A stretch of 64,000 bases of DNA from Chlorokybus atmophyticus (lineage: Eukaryota; Plantae; Mesostigma and Chlorokybus algae), in NCBI GenBank assembly GCA_009103225.1, contig RHPI01002090.1:336370-400369 (forward strand). Reading direction: 5' to 3'. A program made the translations under genes and the position numbers. Positions within the stretch are counted from its first letter, which is position 1. Each line of letters starts with the position of its first letter. The notes under the pieces are model-generated. The model did not search any database and had not been told where the DNA came from. It saw only the letters and a list, made by a program, of their open reading frames with translations. Below, in pieces: positions 11,445 through 24,929 of the stretch.

Positions 11445-12527
11445 CAATCAGTCGCCTGAGCAGCATGCACACCCGCCCATCATGCACAGACGCACACATT
11501 CAACGCTGAGCGCAGCTAACAAGGAACAAGGGCAGGCACCATTACAGCCAACCAGGTGAAGCAGGCAAAGTAGGCATAGTAGAGAAGGCACAGAGCTGCT
11601 GTGAGACCGTACCGTGCCACCACCGCCGCCGCCGTTGTCCCAACTACACGTCGCCAAATGCGAAAACGCATAGCGTCAGGAGGGTTTGCAGCGCGTCATC
11701 GTCGGCGTTGTCGTTGTTTGCAAGCTTGCGGGCTGCTTGCGGGAGCTGATCGGGTTCATGGTGGGCTGGCCTGAGCTGAAAACGGGGTGTTGTGGAGCGC
11801 TAGGCCTACAAGCGTTGGCCAACACAAATCTCTGCACTGCTTCATAGGTGAGTCACGCTGATCAGCAACATGCACGTGCGTGATGAATGCTGCTTCGATG
11901 AGGGGGGAACAAATGGCCGACGGTCAAGGCTGTGGCATTCTGTGCATGTCACGCATGTGTTGAAGCCATCAGCATTTATTCGATTGACTTGCATGACGCT
12001 GGGTTTGTGGCTGTAGTATTGTGTGGTTATGACGCTGTCATTGAGCGTCATTGCGAGGCTGTGTCACGCAGCACTTGCCGATATATATGCTCGTCCCCTT
12101 CCCCTCCCCTTTGCCCCTCGCTTGCCTCCAATGTGCCCCCCCCCCCCTCCCCCAAATAACCAGACCAATGCACATCCAGTTCAAGAAATTAGTTGCTGAG
12201 ATGCACACAACTTCTTACTGGCAGTTGGACTGTGCTGTTGCCGGTCTGCAGTGGCTCAACATCAGTGTGTGATACACGCTATGGTCATTGTGTTCAGATT
12301 GACTGTGCAAGGGAGGGAACACAACAGCCAAGTAGTTGCGGCGGTTTGTCTGGTTGCACCAAACATGGCAGGCACACGCTAGGTACGGGCTGAAGGTCTG
12401 CAGCTCAACATACCGACAAGTGCGGGCTTGCAGACCATGGAGCAGATGAAACATAGCTTACGAGTACTATGGATTCCTGTCTAAGTAACTCGCGACAATG
12501 CATGCAGATCCAGCCTACGCAGTCAGC

Positions 12528-15500
12528 ATGCGAGCGCGAGCAGGCTGGTGGCAGGGCAGCCTGCTTTGCTGCTGCTTGACAGCATGTTGGTTGCACGCCT
12601 CGCACTGCACACATGCCAGCGCTACCACCAAACCGACTGCGGATGTGTTATACGAGGAGGCCATGCGGTACGCTGCTTGCTGGAGGCTTTGATTTGTGGA
12701 TTGCACAGGCACAGGACAGACTGTAATCTGAACACTGCAATGTGATCGTGCCAACACCACTTGCACAACAGGCACAGGGCTTTGCGAGACACGCAAGCTG
12801 CTGAGCAGTCGCTTGCAGAGCTGCGTGAGGCTGCGGAGAGGCACGAGGTGAGCTATACACACTCCTATGCGTGCGCACGCACACACGCATATGACTTTGT
12901 CGAGCCTCACTTGTGAAGTGTACTATACTTCTGCACACAGGCCGGTGACGGCGTGCAGCAAAGCTTTGAGGAGGCCGCACGCTACTATGCGGCTGCGGCG
13001 AATGCGGGGGACGTGCAGTCGCAAGAAGCAATCGCGTTTATGCATGCAACTGGTGTTGGGGTTCCCAGAGACATTGCAAAGGTAGGACAAGCATGAAGTC
13101 GCACACAACAATGCAGCAACCTACTCACAATATTTAACTTCTCGTTCTGGTTAACAAAGTTGGCTCGTCATCCTCGTGCACAAGTAATGCGCTCTGCCTG
13201 CAGGCTGTTGTGTACTGGCACTTTGCTGCGCCGGATGGCTCTTCCCTATCGCAGATGGCGCTAGGCTATCGATCCAGTCAGGGTCTCGGCCTTGCAGAGT
13301 CTTGCAGACATGCCTTTGTTCACTACCGCGCAGCAGCGCAGACAGGTGTGTGTGATGTCAACTTCTGGTGATGTCAACTTTTGCTGCTGTTGTAGTACAA
13401 CACATGTGTTGTACAACGGCACACGCATTGTACAGCACAACAATAACAACAACATATACAACATGCGTGTCGTTGTACAGGTTGTGTGTTGTTTTGTGGT
13501 GGTGGTGTTGAAAATCAACCACCTTACCATCAGTTTGCTCCCAGTTGCCTCAGCGGCGGAGGTGCCCGGAAGGCTGCCGCTGCCTTACAGGCGGGTCCGC
13601 CTCGCCGCACAGTCGGCTCCGGGCTACTACTCCAGCACCAACGAGAAAGAACTCCTGCAGTTTTATGAGTACAACGCCGACATGGGCAACACCGACGCGC
13701 AGGTGTGTGGATGCGGCTGTGTTGTTCCAATTCACCCAAGCAGTTTTCATGGCATGATGCAATGTCATGCTTCCTCCACTGTTGAATTGAACACAATGTG
13801 AGTAGGTTGCTATCGGCGAGCTTTTCAGCAGAGGTTCTAGCGAACTGTCGAGAGATACCAGCAAGGCGCTGTACTATTTCAGACAGGCTGCAGCTCAGGT
13901 AGGTGCCTTTCAATGGGATGTCATTACGCACATCCTAACGAGAGAAGTTGTAAAATGTGACCTAGTTTTGATACGCGGGCAACATGGCAGGGTGATGCAG
14001 ACGCCATGGCACAGGTTGTCATGAAGTGATGAGTAGCAGTGTCGAGCTGCCCATGGTGGTGGTGGTTGTGTTCTAACATGTTGGGGTGTTGTATTGCCAC
14101 CAGCTCGGCACGATGTACGCGCACGGCCTGGACGTGGCTGCAGACAACGAAACTGCGCTCGAATATTTCCGGCAAGCTGCAGAAAAGGCGAGTCATATGA
14201 CGCGTCTCATGCGGGACAATGAGGGTGTTGCAAGCCACTTGTATCTCAAAATGAACTGTTTTGCAGTCAAGTCCAGCGGGGCTTTACGGCTTGGGCATGA
14301 TGTACTACGAGGGCAGAGGCGTTGATATCAACACGAACGTCGCGATGCACAACTTCATGCAAGCGGCAAAGCTGCATGAGCCCAACGCACTCTACCGACT
14401 CGGCATGATTTCCTTAGGTGCCGTACAAACAAAATGACACCTAAACATGGCTGTATATACGCATTTGTCACATGTAACTCGCTCCTCAGATGGTGCCGGC
14501 ACAATGGAAGCGAGGCATGCAGGAGCAGCGCAGCGTTTCATGGCAGCGAGTTCGCAGGGGCACCTGCCATCCATGTACCAGCTGGCCCTGCTTCAGTTTC
14601 AAGGGCTGGGCGTCCCGGCCAGCTCGTGCTCTGTGGCAGTGAAGCTACTGAAACAGGTGCACATGTAAGGGTTTCCCTTGACTGCATCACCGCCGACAAT
14701 TGACTGACCATTGGGCAGCCCGTGTGCAAGAGTTTCTGTTCTGTTTGGTAGGTTTGTGTGCTGATGATAAAAGCACAAGCAGGTTGCGGAGCAAGGAAGA
14801 TGGTCGTCGAGCATACACGAGGCGTACAGCGCGTACACTGCTGGGAAATATCGCATTGCTCTGTACCTGTACTTGAAAGCTGCAGAGGCTGGTTACGAGG
14901 TGCGCATTGCATTCGGTGTGTCTCACATTATTGTAGTGTTGTGTAGCTCAGTGGTATGTTGCTTGCCAGCAGTGCTTGCTTGACTCGATTCGTGCCTGTA
15001 TTCGGTGTGTGGTTGTTATAGCTGGCGCAAAGCAATGCTGCGTGGATGCTGGACAACGGCTACGGTGAGAGAGACATCCGGGTGCGACCGTCCCCTTCAT
15101 CGCTGGAGCGGGCACTCTACTATCATGCGCGCTCTGCAGATCAAGGCAGTGTCCATTCCCTTCTGCAGGTCTGGGGCAGATGCAACATTTTGCATCTGGC
15201 AACCCATGTCTCTTTTATTGTGTGGTCTACTTGCGCACCAAAACGAGTGTGTGCCAGCACTTGCTGAGTATTGCTGTGTACTTTTCAGATTGGGGATCAT
15301 CACTTCTATGGGCGGGGTACTGGCATCGATGCTACCAGGGCATTCTCTCTGTACCAACAGGTGCCACTGAGTTTTGAGAAATCACGACATTGCAAATGTG
15401 GCAGTATGTCGGCAATAGCGGTCTTGACATTTATTCATGCTTCTTCAAACAGGCGAGCATGCTAAAAAGCGCGCAGGCGCACTTCAACATGGGCGTCATG

Positions 15501-15779
15501 CACGAGCACGGTTGGGGCGTGCCGCAGGACTTTCACCTCGCCAAGCGCAAGTACGACGAGACGCTCACAATGAATCCAGGCGCCATCCTGCCTGTCTACC
15601 TCGCGCTCGCCAAATTGCACGTGCATTCATATGTCGACGCCCGAGACTTGTGGTGGGTCGGCGACCGCCTGCTGAACCTCTTTGACAAGCACGACAACTT
15701 CGAGAGCATCATCATACTCCTGCTGGTGCTGCTGCTGACCATTGTCATGTACAGGCGCAATAACTTAGCACAGGTCTAG
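12528..15779 (+). CDS. HRD3: ERAD ubiquitin-ligase component HRD3/SEL1L (Sel1 repeats, C-terminal TM helix)
   Basis: Signal peptide MRARAGWWQGSLLCCCL..., many Sel1 repeats (e.g. AQSNAAWMLDNG, IGDHHFYGRG, AQAHFNMGVMHEHGWGVPQDFHLAKRKYD, ILPVYLALAKL) and a TM segment IIILLLVLLLTIVMYRR. Confidence 0.92.
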
Positions 15780-15953
15780 TGTTGACAAGTACAGAATCAG
15801 CCGGCAGTTGAGCTTAAACCAACTGTCAGACTCTTGGTGTGCTGAGACGCCATAAATCTATATTGCCACTGCCAATAACACATTGTCTGTGTAGCCACTG
15901 GATGACACGCTACACGCTGGAGCACAGGCTCTTGTCATAGTAGACTGTTTCAG

Positions 15954-17672
15954 TCATGTTGGCGCGCGTCTTCTGATCAACTCTCTAGAGCGCATGTCTG
16001 CCTGCCAAGCATACAACGCAAATGTTTGTTTGTTACACGAGTGTCTGCGCGCAAGACCACAAACCAACCTGGCGAATGGGTTCAGGCACACGATACCGGC
16101 AGCAGAGCGTGACCAGCTTGACTGCCGTCTGTAGTGAGAGCCGGTGACCCACCGACACAAACAGCGGGCGGGCGCTGCCAGGGCAACTCCGCAAAGCCTG
16201 AGCGAGAGAGCACAAACACACACTTGTCAACGTGGCCAGAGTTCATGCGGGAGCGAGAGAGCAAAGACACGCGGCGATGCGGAACATTCTGATTCACGCA
16301 CCGCACCCCACGTGCGTCCCGACTGGCCGATGAGAGGGAGCCAATCACCCGCAGCGGATGTCTCCCGCGCAGCTCGCGCTTTTACGTCCACAGTTGTCAG
16401 CCCATCCAGTTGCAGAAACTACAATAGCACAGTGGTGTTCAGGCTGTGATGCTGCGAGGCTATCGCTGTGCACTGCAAGAAGCACACAGCAATATACGTG
16501 CATTCTTGCCAACTCCTATGGTTGGAATGTCTGCGAGTATGCCGAGCTGGCAAGCCAGTCCACAGCCTGGCAGGTCAAGTTGTTTAAGCGACAACAGAGG
16601 GTTTAAGGTAGCTTATAGCAACCATCAACTGTACAATGTGTGTCATCACTGTCGGTTGTACCGACTGCCTCTCTCAAACAATAGATGCTTGACTGCTTAC
16701 CCCGTGGGTGTAGAGTCCCGTTCCCGTCAACCATAAGCACCTGCATGCGGCCATCAGCGCAATCAGAGTCAGACATGCATAGGTGATGATGACATCGGAA
16801 CCGATAAGACAAGTAGCTTGCAGACCTGCCTGAGGCATGATGGCGGGTTGACTTGCGCGCAGCTGTGCGAGCAGTGACAAAAGCACTGGGCACTGCAAAG
16901 GCAATGAAATGAGAATGGCACCAATACTCAGCGGTTACACTGTGCCATGTGTACGTGTATGCGTGCAAGGGGGACGTGCATGTTTGCATACGGCTAGGAG
17001 GACATCTGGGCGGTTGTCTCCGTGCTAATGTGTGAGTGGGCATGCGTGTAGATGCACGTGGCTGTGCAAGAGTATGTGCATGCCTGTCCCTGCACGAGTG
17101 CGAGCGCAAGCGTATGTGTACGCGAGTGTCTGTGTGTGCATGCGCATGTGTGGCATGCACTGCAAGCAACCTGGCAAGAGTGCGTGTACCTCCCGGAAAG
17201 CCAGATACCCGGCAACATAAGGCGCGGTGATCTGCACGGACTGCATGACCTCCTGAACAACCTGCCGAGGAAGACGCAACGTACTCATCACACCTTCGAC
17301 CACCTCCACCAACCCATCCTACCACAAAACACTCACGTGACCTCCTTCCCACCTCCATCGAAGGGTACTCCAGCACAACAAGTGCCGCGCACGCCATCTG
17401 GCCACTGGACATGATGCCGCTCTGGTCGTCGCTGTCGCCATCGAAGCTCACGTCCACTCCGCCGATGTACCGCAGCGGCGGCAGGTGAGGCGCCTCCTCG
17501 GCCGTACGCCAGGGAGGGCGCCAGGGGACGTCGTCATGCTCGATGACTCGCGCACGAAGCTCGTCCTGCTGACTGCTTGGTGGTGACAACAGGGTTTGCG
17601 AGTCAGTCTGATGTGCAGTGCTTGCTGTCAAACACACACATGCACACATACGCGCGCACGCACACGCGCGCA

Positions 17673-17721
<49 letters not shown>

Positions 17722-18301
17722 TCCTAGACGTGCCCGTGCGAGCACCTTCGTGCACAAACATACACACGCACGTGTGTTCATGCGTACGCGCATGTTGTAT
17801 GAAGCACGTAGGTGTGCTGCATGTGTGTTGTGTTGCGCGTCTGCTGTAGTCACGGTTGGCATGTTTGTGATGGCTAGCAGCGTAGTAGCTGGCTTATAGC
17901 TTTTTGCAAACCGGTAGCTCAGCAGACTGCTTTACCGCTTGTCAGCACTCTGTGCTTGCTCCACCCGCTAGTACTGCTATTGCTGCTGCGCTTGTGAGAT
18001 TAAAAATGCGGCCAGCTTGAATGCTTTGCATGTTTCCATCCATGTTCACCACAACCAAGCAAGTTGAGAGAGTGACAAAAGTCGTTCAAGGCGGCCGCAC
18101 AGGCTGTGTGCGGCACAGCACCACTCTTGTGTTTGTCTTTGCCAAAGTGCTTTTACTGCTCACTGGACTGGACGCAAGCTAGGCAACCCACGCGCAGGCA
18201 CACAACAACGACAACGACAGCCATGCCGAGTCGTACACACTGCACCTTCGCCACAGGTTGAGCTGGTCGTCCAGCAGGTCGCCGCCGACTCCGGACGCCA
18301 T
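15954..18301 (-). CDS. ENDOV: Endonuclease V (inosine/deoxyinosine nuclease)
   Basis: [18 protein letters not shown]|RQQDELR...[35 protein letters not shown]|[33 protein letters not shown]...YRVPEPIRQ|ADMRSR. The catalytic D, E and D residues are present. Confidence 0.92.
17676..17718 (+). repeat. (CA)n intronic microsatellite; similar tracts at about 18762-18796, 26121-26140 (TG) and 39308-39369
   Basis: Directly visible dinucleotide runs in EndoV, SDR-leader, G-patch and DmpA introns. Confidence 0.95.
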
Positions 18302-18750
18302 GACGACGCTAACGCCGACACTACCGACAACTGCCACGTCATCTCACCCAAGTGTGAATCGTCGTCATCAACATCATCATCAGCACCATCATCAACATCT
18401 TGGCATGCAAGCAGCTTGAGGCGGCGGCGGCAGCGGCGGTGGAGGTGAAGGTGGAGGTGGCGGCAGATAGCGACGCAAGTGCCTACCTGCTGTTAAGTCT
18501 GCAAGTGCGGTAACCCTGATCAGACTTGCACAGGCAAGGTGTGGAGAGCATGCGTGCTGCCCACGTCTCCCTGTGCATGTTGCGTGCATGCTGGCAAAAA
18601 AAAGTTGCCTTTGGAACCTGTCGATCTGGCACCCCATGCTGCAGTTCTCTTCGCATGTTGTACGTGTTGCTTAGACTCCACCGCAACGTGGTTTTTAGCC
18701 ACCCCAACCAACAGCTACACACACACGCATGCATGTGTCCACCCTCTCAG

Positions 18751-18799
<49 letters not shown>

Positions 18800-18928
18800 C
18801 TTCCTCAGCGCAACGCAATCTCTCACCCACCCACCCACCCACAGGCACACGCGCCGCACGCAAGCACTCAGTCACAGGAGTTGAGTTGAGGTCGTCGTTG
18901 CTTGTTGCTCTTCCCCCCTGCTGCTCAG

Positions 18929-20233
18929 ATGGCCGCTGCCAATATCGCCCTGGTGACGGGTGCCAACCGCGGGCTTGGCTTCGAGGTCGTGCGGCACCTG
19001 GTGCAGCGACAGCCAGTGCTGCCGGCGGCAAGAGTGGAGTCGTCTCTCGCAGAGCTCGAAGAAGCAGTCAAGGTACTTGTGTGCATTCTGCCATGGTTGC
19101 AGTTGCAAACTTACTTACCTGCTCATGTCAAGTCATCTGCGCAACATCAGCTGCTATGCTGTCTCATGTCATTGCATACTCTATGCACTGGTTGCTAGCT
19201 GTGAACACAGACTAGCATTGCTGAAGGTGTTCCACTCTCTTACCAACATCAGGCGGAAGGTGGGTCCCAACAGACAGAGCACAAGTTGGTGGGGAGGCTA
19301 CAGCTGGACGTGTCGGATCCAAAAAGTGTCTCACAAGCCGCGGTGACCATTCAGCAGAAGTACAGCGGGCGGGTGTCCACACTGGTCAACAACGCAGGCA
19401 TCTTTCTGGTGAGTGTCCGGTGTGGCCTCAAGAGACATGCAGGACAGCTTGGGGTTATGTTGCATGCAGCTATACAGTTATACACATCAAGACTTGCAGG
19501 ATGGGTGGGACCAAAACACTTGGGACGAGTCCATGCGCACCAACTACCACGGCACTATGAACCTGACTATGCAACTCCTTCCACACTTGAGTGATGGAGC
19601 CAGGATAATAAACGTCACATCTGGTACGCACGACACGTAGTTGTCTTCCTCTTGTCTCTTCAAGCGTGTTGCCAACTACACTGCTGCTCAGGCTATGCGC
19701 GAAGGGAGTTTTTAAGCGCCAGCTACCAGAGGCAGATTGAGCAGGCCAGCACGCTGGAGGACTTGGCCAACATCAAGTTTGACGCCAGCGACCAGAAGAT
19801 GTCTAACGGCGCGCATGCGACTTACAAGCTCACGAAAGCGATGGTGAACCGAGCAACGCAAATCCTGGCGGATGATCCAAAACTGACCAGCAGAGGAATT
19901 TCGTGCAGCGCAGTTGATCCTGGCTGGTGCAGGTGCATTACTTGTGTATTGGCTGTGGCATGCAATTACTGCCAGTCTGCTGGCAGCAGAGCATGCTGTG
20001 TGTACTTGCTATCGTTTTACCAGGCTGCAGTGCGCTGCGTGTGCATGACATGTTGGGTTGTGAGATGTACGACAACTTTGGTGGTTCTCACGTAGTGCAG
20101 AACACGTATGGGTGGCCCGTCCGCCACGAGAAGTGCGAAGCAAGGAGCTGATTCGATATTGTACCTATGCTTGCATCCCAACCCCATGCCCACCGGTGGG
20201 TTCTTCTTGGATGGGAGGCCTGCCCGTGTTTGA
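18929..20233 (+). CDS. Short-chain dehydrogenase/reductase, carbonyl-reductase type
   Basis: IALVTGANRGLGFEVVRHL (TGxxxGxG), LQLDVSD, LVNNAGI, RIINVTS, YKLTK (YxxxK) and VDPGWCR|TRMGG. Confidence 0.9.
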
Positions 20234-21281
20234 AACCTTTGGCCCTCTGCGTGGTTGTAGCATAACAACGGCTGAGCCATGTTGCATAGCCACTGTCAGT
20301 GTGCGTTATGCAACATGCAAATCATGGCAAGGGCGTTGGTGCTTGTGTCAAGGCTCATGTGTGTATTGAAAACTATCAAGCTGGTGTATGTGAGATGTAA
20401 GCATTGGCTCAGGCTCCGTGTGCGTTCAATCCGCACAATTGGGACAACAATCATGACATGCCGCAAGTTATTGAACGGAGACTGGAAGAGGAAATTGCAC
20501 ATTGATGATGCAATTTGCTTATGGTTAACATGTGCACGTGCTGTGATTGACGCATATACTCACTTTCTGCATATTTTACACTTGCTTTCATGTTGCTTGC
20601 ACCTCGCTGGCATTCTGTTGATCTCTACAAGTTTACTATGCTGCAACCGTTAATTATATCAAATTGTATTCCCGGTGATTTTCATTTAGAATACAAATAC
20701 AAATTGTGTATCAATGTTAAAACACAATGAAGCCGCTTAAAAGTGTTCAGTCGCAATGCCAAAACATATCGACTTTTGCATAATATGCTCAAGTGACTCA
20801 ATAAAATATGCATATATATGTTAAAGACACATATATTACATTTTAAAGGTAACAATGTATTATAATCACGCGCTTCATTATCATTAAAAGTAAAGCAGAC
20901 ATAAAAACGTGTATTAGCAAAGAGGTAATAAAGATGCGTACAATTTCAAACCCGTTCATGTAAATATCGCATCCTCGTATATGTTAACAGAATTCCTTGC
21001 GGATGCCGTTCAACGTGTGTGTGTTTTTTCAGCAAGGTATGAAAAAACTCATGTACGTCGCAAAAAATCATCAATATATATTATATATTATATATTGCAG
21101 TCACATGGCATTGCATAACGTTATTGTTCAACAACGAATATAACATTATTATAAATTACTTATCCAATCACAAGAGCTTGTTATAGCAGCTTATGTTCAG
21201 TTAGACGCAGCAATAGTATATTGGTTATTGCATGCGAGAAGTGGGCAGACTTGCATGGGCTCATGCATGGATCATCAATGG

Positions 21282-21355
21282 TGAATTACCAATGGTGGCA
21301 TGGTAATTCATGCCGCATGAATCATGCGGCACGAAGGCGGCATGAATCATGCCGC
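21282..21355. repeat. Cluster of three short inverted repeats
   Basis: TGAATTACCA/TGGTAATTCA (10 bp perfect); TTCATGCCGCATGA-A-TCATGCGGCACGAA (14 bp, one mismatch); GCGGCATGA-A-TCATGCCGC (9 bp perfect). Confidence 0.85.
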
Positions 21356-21740
21356 AACTTTGGTTGTTAACTCATGCCTTGATTGCTGCGTCCATGCGGT
21401 CCCCCTGCCGCGCGCCCCAAAGTCGCGTAACGGGACACGCCCCTCGCTTTGCAATTCGTAATTGGGGGAGCGCCGCGCACCGGCCAAACAGAACCGAAAC
21501 ATGCTCGCCGTCGGCTCCGACCGTCGCGCGCCTTGACCGACCGGAGCTTTGAATATTTGAATACCGGAGACAAATATACAAAACCGCTTTCTCGCACAGG
21601 CGGGAAGACCAAACCGACCTTGGTTGGTGTCCTTCCCCCCCAGTCTTTCACCCCTTCGACGACCAGCGTCAAAGGCTCATGATGTGACATTCCACTCAGT
21701 TTGGTGTCCTACTAGGGGTTGGAGTTGGCACCAGAGTTCG

Positions 21741-21749
21741 AAACCCTAA
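21741..21749 (+). promoter_or_regulatory. Telo-box AAACCCTAA upstream of NSE4
   Basis: Exact plant telo-box about 190 nt before the NSE4 ATG. Function is inferred. Confidence 0.5.
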
Positions 21750-21939
21750 GCTCAGCTTGCCGTTTTGCCTCAGCGTGTGTGTACTGCTTGGCTTGCTAGA
21801 GAGGCGGCGACGGTGGCGGTGTTGGGTGCGGCGTGGAAGGGAGGAGGCCTGGTTCTGGGGGTGTGGTGGATTGAGGTTACTGGCCGAGAGCTGAGTGTGT
21901 TGTGTGTGGGGTGGCTTCCCTTTCCGCTCTGCTCACGCC

Positions 21940-23943
21940 ATGGCGGTGCCGTCCGAGAAGGACGTTGATGACGCCATGACGGACGTGGACAAGCGGCGAA
22001 AGCTGCGTCAGGACTTCAAAGCGCTAGAAAAGCGCTTTGAAGGTGAGGTGCATTGTTGTGGTGTTGTTCGTATCGCCATCGCTCTGTCGTTGAGGCGAAA
22101 CTCTCATTCTCTAGGTTAACAATTAGAACCTGCTGTGACCTGTTATGTCACGCTTTGAGTAGCATCAAACAGGGACACAGCAGCAGGCGGGTCAACATCT
22201 TGCGGTCGTAACAGTTGTCAATTTGTACTTGCCGCACAAGTGACACATTGTACCTTCAAGGGGCACACGTTGTCGTAGTAACGCTGTGCTGTGGTTTGTA
22301 GACGCACAAGAGGGAAGGCTTGACCAGTCCCAAGACTTCGCAGACTACATTTCGGCAAGCATTCAGCAAGCAGACCAACTCCATGCAGGTGAGTGGCTAT
22401 TGTTGCCTGGCACGTTGTGTTTTGTTCAGTTTTAAAGTAAGCTGCTTACGCCAATGCTTATCAGTCTTTTCACTTGCACGTGCATGGTCAGCCTGGATGT
22501 AACACTTTTCACTGCACTGACCTCAACAGACGTTGTACACACAAGGGAGCTTGCGACAGACATTGATATGTTTTGCAAGATTGCCAACTCCGCGTTGACT
22601 CACTACAAGCAAGCACTTCAGGTCAGCTGTAAATACTGACATTGCGCTGCTCGCAAGTGCAGTGTGTCGTAGATGTAATCTACGACTGACTGGATTCATA
22701 TTGTCATTGCAGAAAGGCGGCACACAGCACAGTCCAGCCCAGGTCATCACCAAGCTCAAAGAAAGATACGCGGCCTGTGAGGAGGGTTCCCAAGAAGGTG
22801 ACATTGATTGGTTTACGCTCGGCCGCGATGCGTCACTGCTCTTCAAGACGTTCACTGCCCCCTGCACAATGTGCGTACACTTGTGCCGTGTTCTTGGAGG
22901 GCGATGTTGGTTGTGGCTGTAGGCAGTGCACACAACTGACTGGTTTGTAAACGTTGCTACGTGAGAACAGGCACGGTCCCATGGACCTTTTGCCCAAGCC
23001 CAAGGCAGTGCGCCAGCGTGCACAGCGGACAGCTCTTGCTGAAAAGATCGCGCCTGGCCAGGTAGCATTCGTAGTAGATCTGACCGCAACACATAGCATG
23101 TACAGGACTGTGTGGCCAGCACATACTACGCGTTGTGCAGTGCTACCAACTGTGCTAACACCAACATGCTCCTGTCACTCACTCACTGTGTGGTGGATTT
23201 GGCAGGTCACAGCCACAGACGCTTCCAACAGAGAGAAACAGACGGATCGCAATATGTCAGTGATGGTGAAGCTGTTGAAGAGCAACCCAGACGCGCCTGT
23301 TGTGAAAGTCATCAACAACCCGCAGTCCTTCGCCCAGACTGTGGAGAACTTGTTCACTCTCTCCTTTCTGGTCAGAGAAGGGCATGTACAGGTTCGGAAG
23401 AACGATGCCGGGATTCTCATTGTTGGTGAGTGCCACGCAGTTGTGGTGAGTGATTTGTACAGTGTACGTGCCATGAAGTACTGACATTGCATGCGACTCG
23501 GCAGCTTCAGCAGAGCCACCCACCAAGGCTGCTGGTGGCAAGAAGGTTGAGATGTCGCAGTGTGTGATGCGCCTGGACATGGCAGACTGGAAGGTACTGA
23601 TTGTGTCTAAACAGGCCACACTTCCGCAAGTGACCCGCCACTACTGCAAGTGCATATTCTGATGACAATCGTGCTTGTGCTTTGTCACCAACACGTGTGC
23701 TTGCAGATGCTCCAAGCGCATAATGTCGGTAGCCTGGTACCGCATAGATCAGGCGTTGTGACGGATACCGAGGACCAGCAGGGCTGCATCCTGGAGGAGG
23801 AGCACCACGCACAGCAATCCACACGCAAGCGTCGCGAGTCGGGTAGAATGCATTCTCGTAATCGGCTAGTAGAGAATAGTCAAAGTAATGAGGAAGAGTA
23901 CGAGGAGCAAGAAGGGTCTCCTTCCAAGCGAAGGAGAAGCTAG
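21940..23943 (+). CDS. NSE4: SMC5/6 kleisin NSE4
   Basis: RRKLRQDFKAL, VVHTRELATD, IDWFTLGRDASLLFK...M|HGPMD, EKQTDRNMSVM and VINNPQSFAQTVENLFTLSFLVREGHV (Nse4 C-domain signature), ending LDMADWK|M. Confidence 0.88.
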
Positions 23944-24929
23944 GAGCTGCTTTGCTTTGTGTGTACATATATTACTGACCTACTACTCCCCTAGCCATCC
24001 GCCATATTCAACTTGTGGTTGCTATGTCTTGCAACTTGCACATTTGACAACTACACAAAAGCATTGTGGCGGCACCAGTTGAGGTTCATAGCAATCTCAT
24101 GACCATATGTACTCACAAAGACATGCGCCTACAACCTCGTACTACCTGCAATCCCCCAACATGAGGTGTCGTGATGCTCATTGATTCTGTGGCATAAGGT
24201 GATATGGTAGGGTGTGCCTTGTATAGTTACCAATCAACATTGTTGCCATCTTGTACTTGCAAAGTAGCAGCAATATCACTAACAGCCATGTGCAACAGTG
24301 CATAGCATGCAAACAACTTATATGCGAATTGAACAAGCCATAATCAAGCGACATAATTCATTCAAACATTAATTATGTTAACCAGCACGGCAACAACACA
24401 TACACATAGTTTGTTTTACTGTGTATGCTATCTATTTGCTATCATTTTGCATGTGCTACCATGCCATATACACGGCGTGCCTCCAACACCAACACAGCAT
24501 AACGGCCTACAATAACGTTAGGGCAACAGCAAGTCAAAGCCGCTCAAGCCAGTGCCACATCCGTATCCGTAGTATAATGGCATGAACATGATGGATGTCC
24601 ATCGTCATAGCCCAAGATGGATAGCTTTGGTGTAAATGGATTGCGTATAATAGATAACCGTAAAGAAAGGTGGAGCTAGCATAATGGCTTAAACAACTAC
24701 TAAGGTACTAAGTGCATAATCAGTATCACACATGCATGCAGTAAGTCACACAAGGACGCGTTATCCTGCACGGTTTACAAGCACCTTATTGAAGCTTCAT
24801 GTGCAAAATTGCATATTGGCAAAAAGAAGAACACATCCACAAATCAATAATTGACAAAGATGTAAAGTAAGACAACATTTCAGAAAGCAGTATGAACAAA
24901 GCGCCTTGAATGATGATGCGTAAGCACCG

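Noticed and set aside
11646-11775. Minus-strand open segment HEPDQLPQAARKLANNDNADDDALQTLLTLCVFAFGDV* after a TTTTCAG acceptor
   Set aside because: No upstream exon or start could be found, and it overlaps the GatC/HRD3 promoter. Treated as chance.
16603-17862. 419-aa ORF, and similarly long ORFs at 18526-19215, 39252-40010, 59109-59783 and 61686-62369
   Set aside because: They run through microsatellite introns (CVCV/THTH) or are antisense shadows of GC-rich exons. Only parts of 16603-17862 are real EndoV exons.
21741-21749. Interstitial telomere array
   Set aside because: Only single AAACCCTAA units occur (here and at 55914), consistent with telo-boxes rather than arrays.
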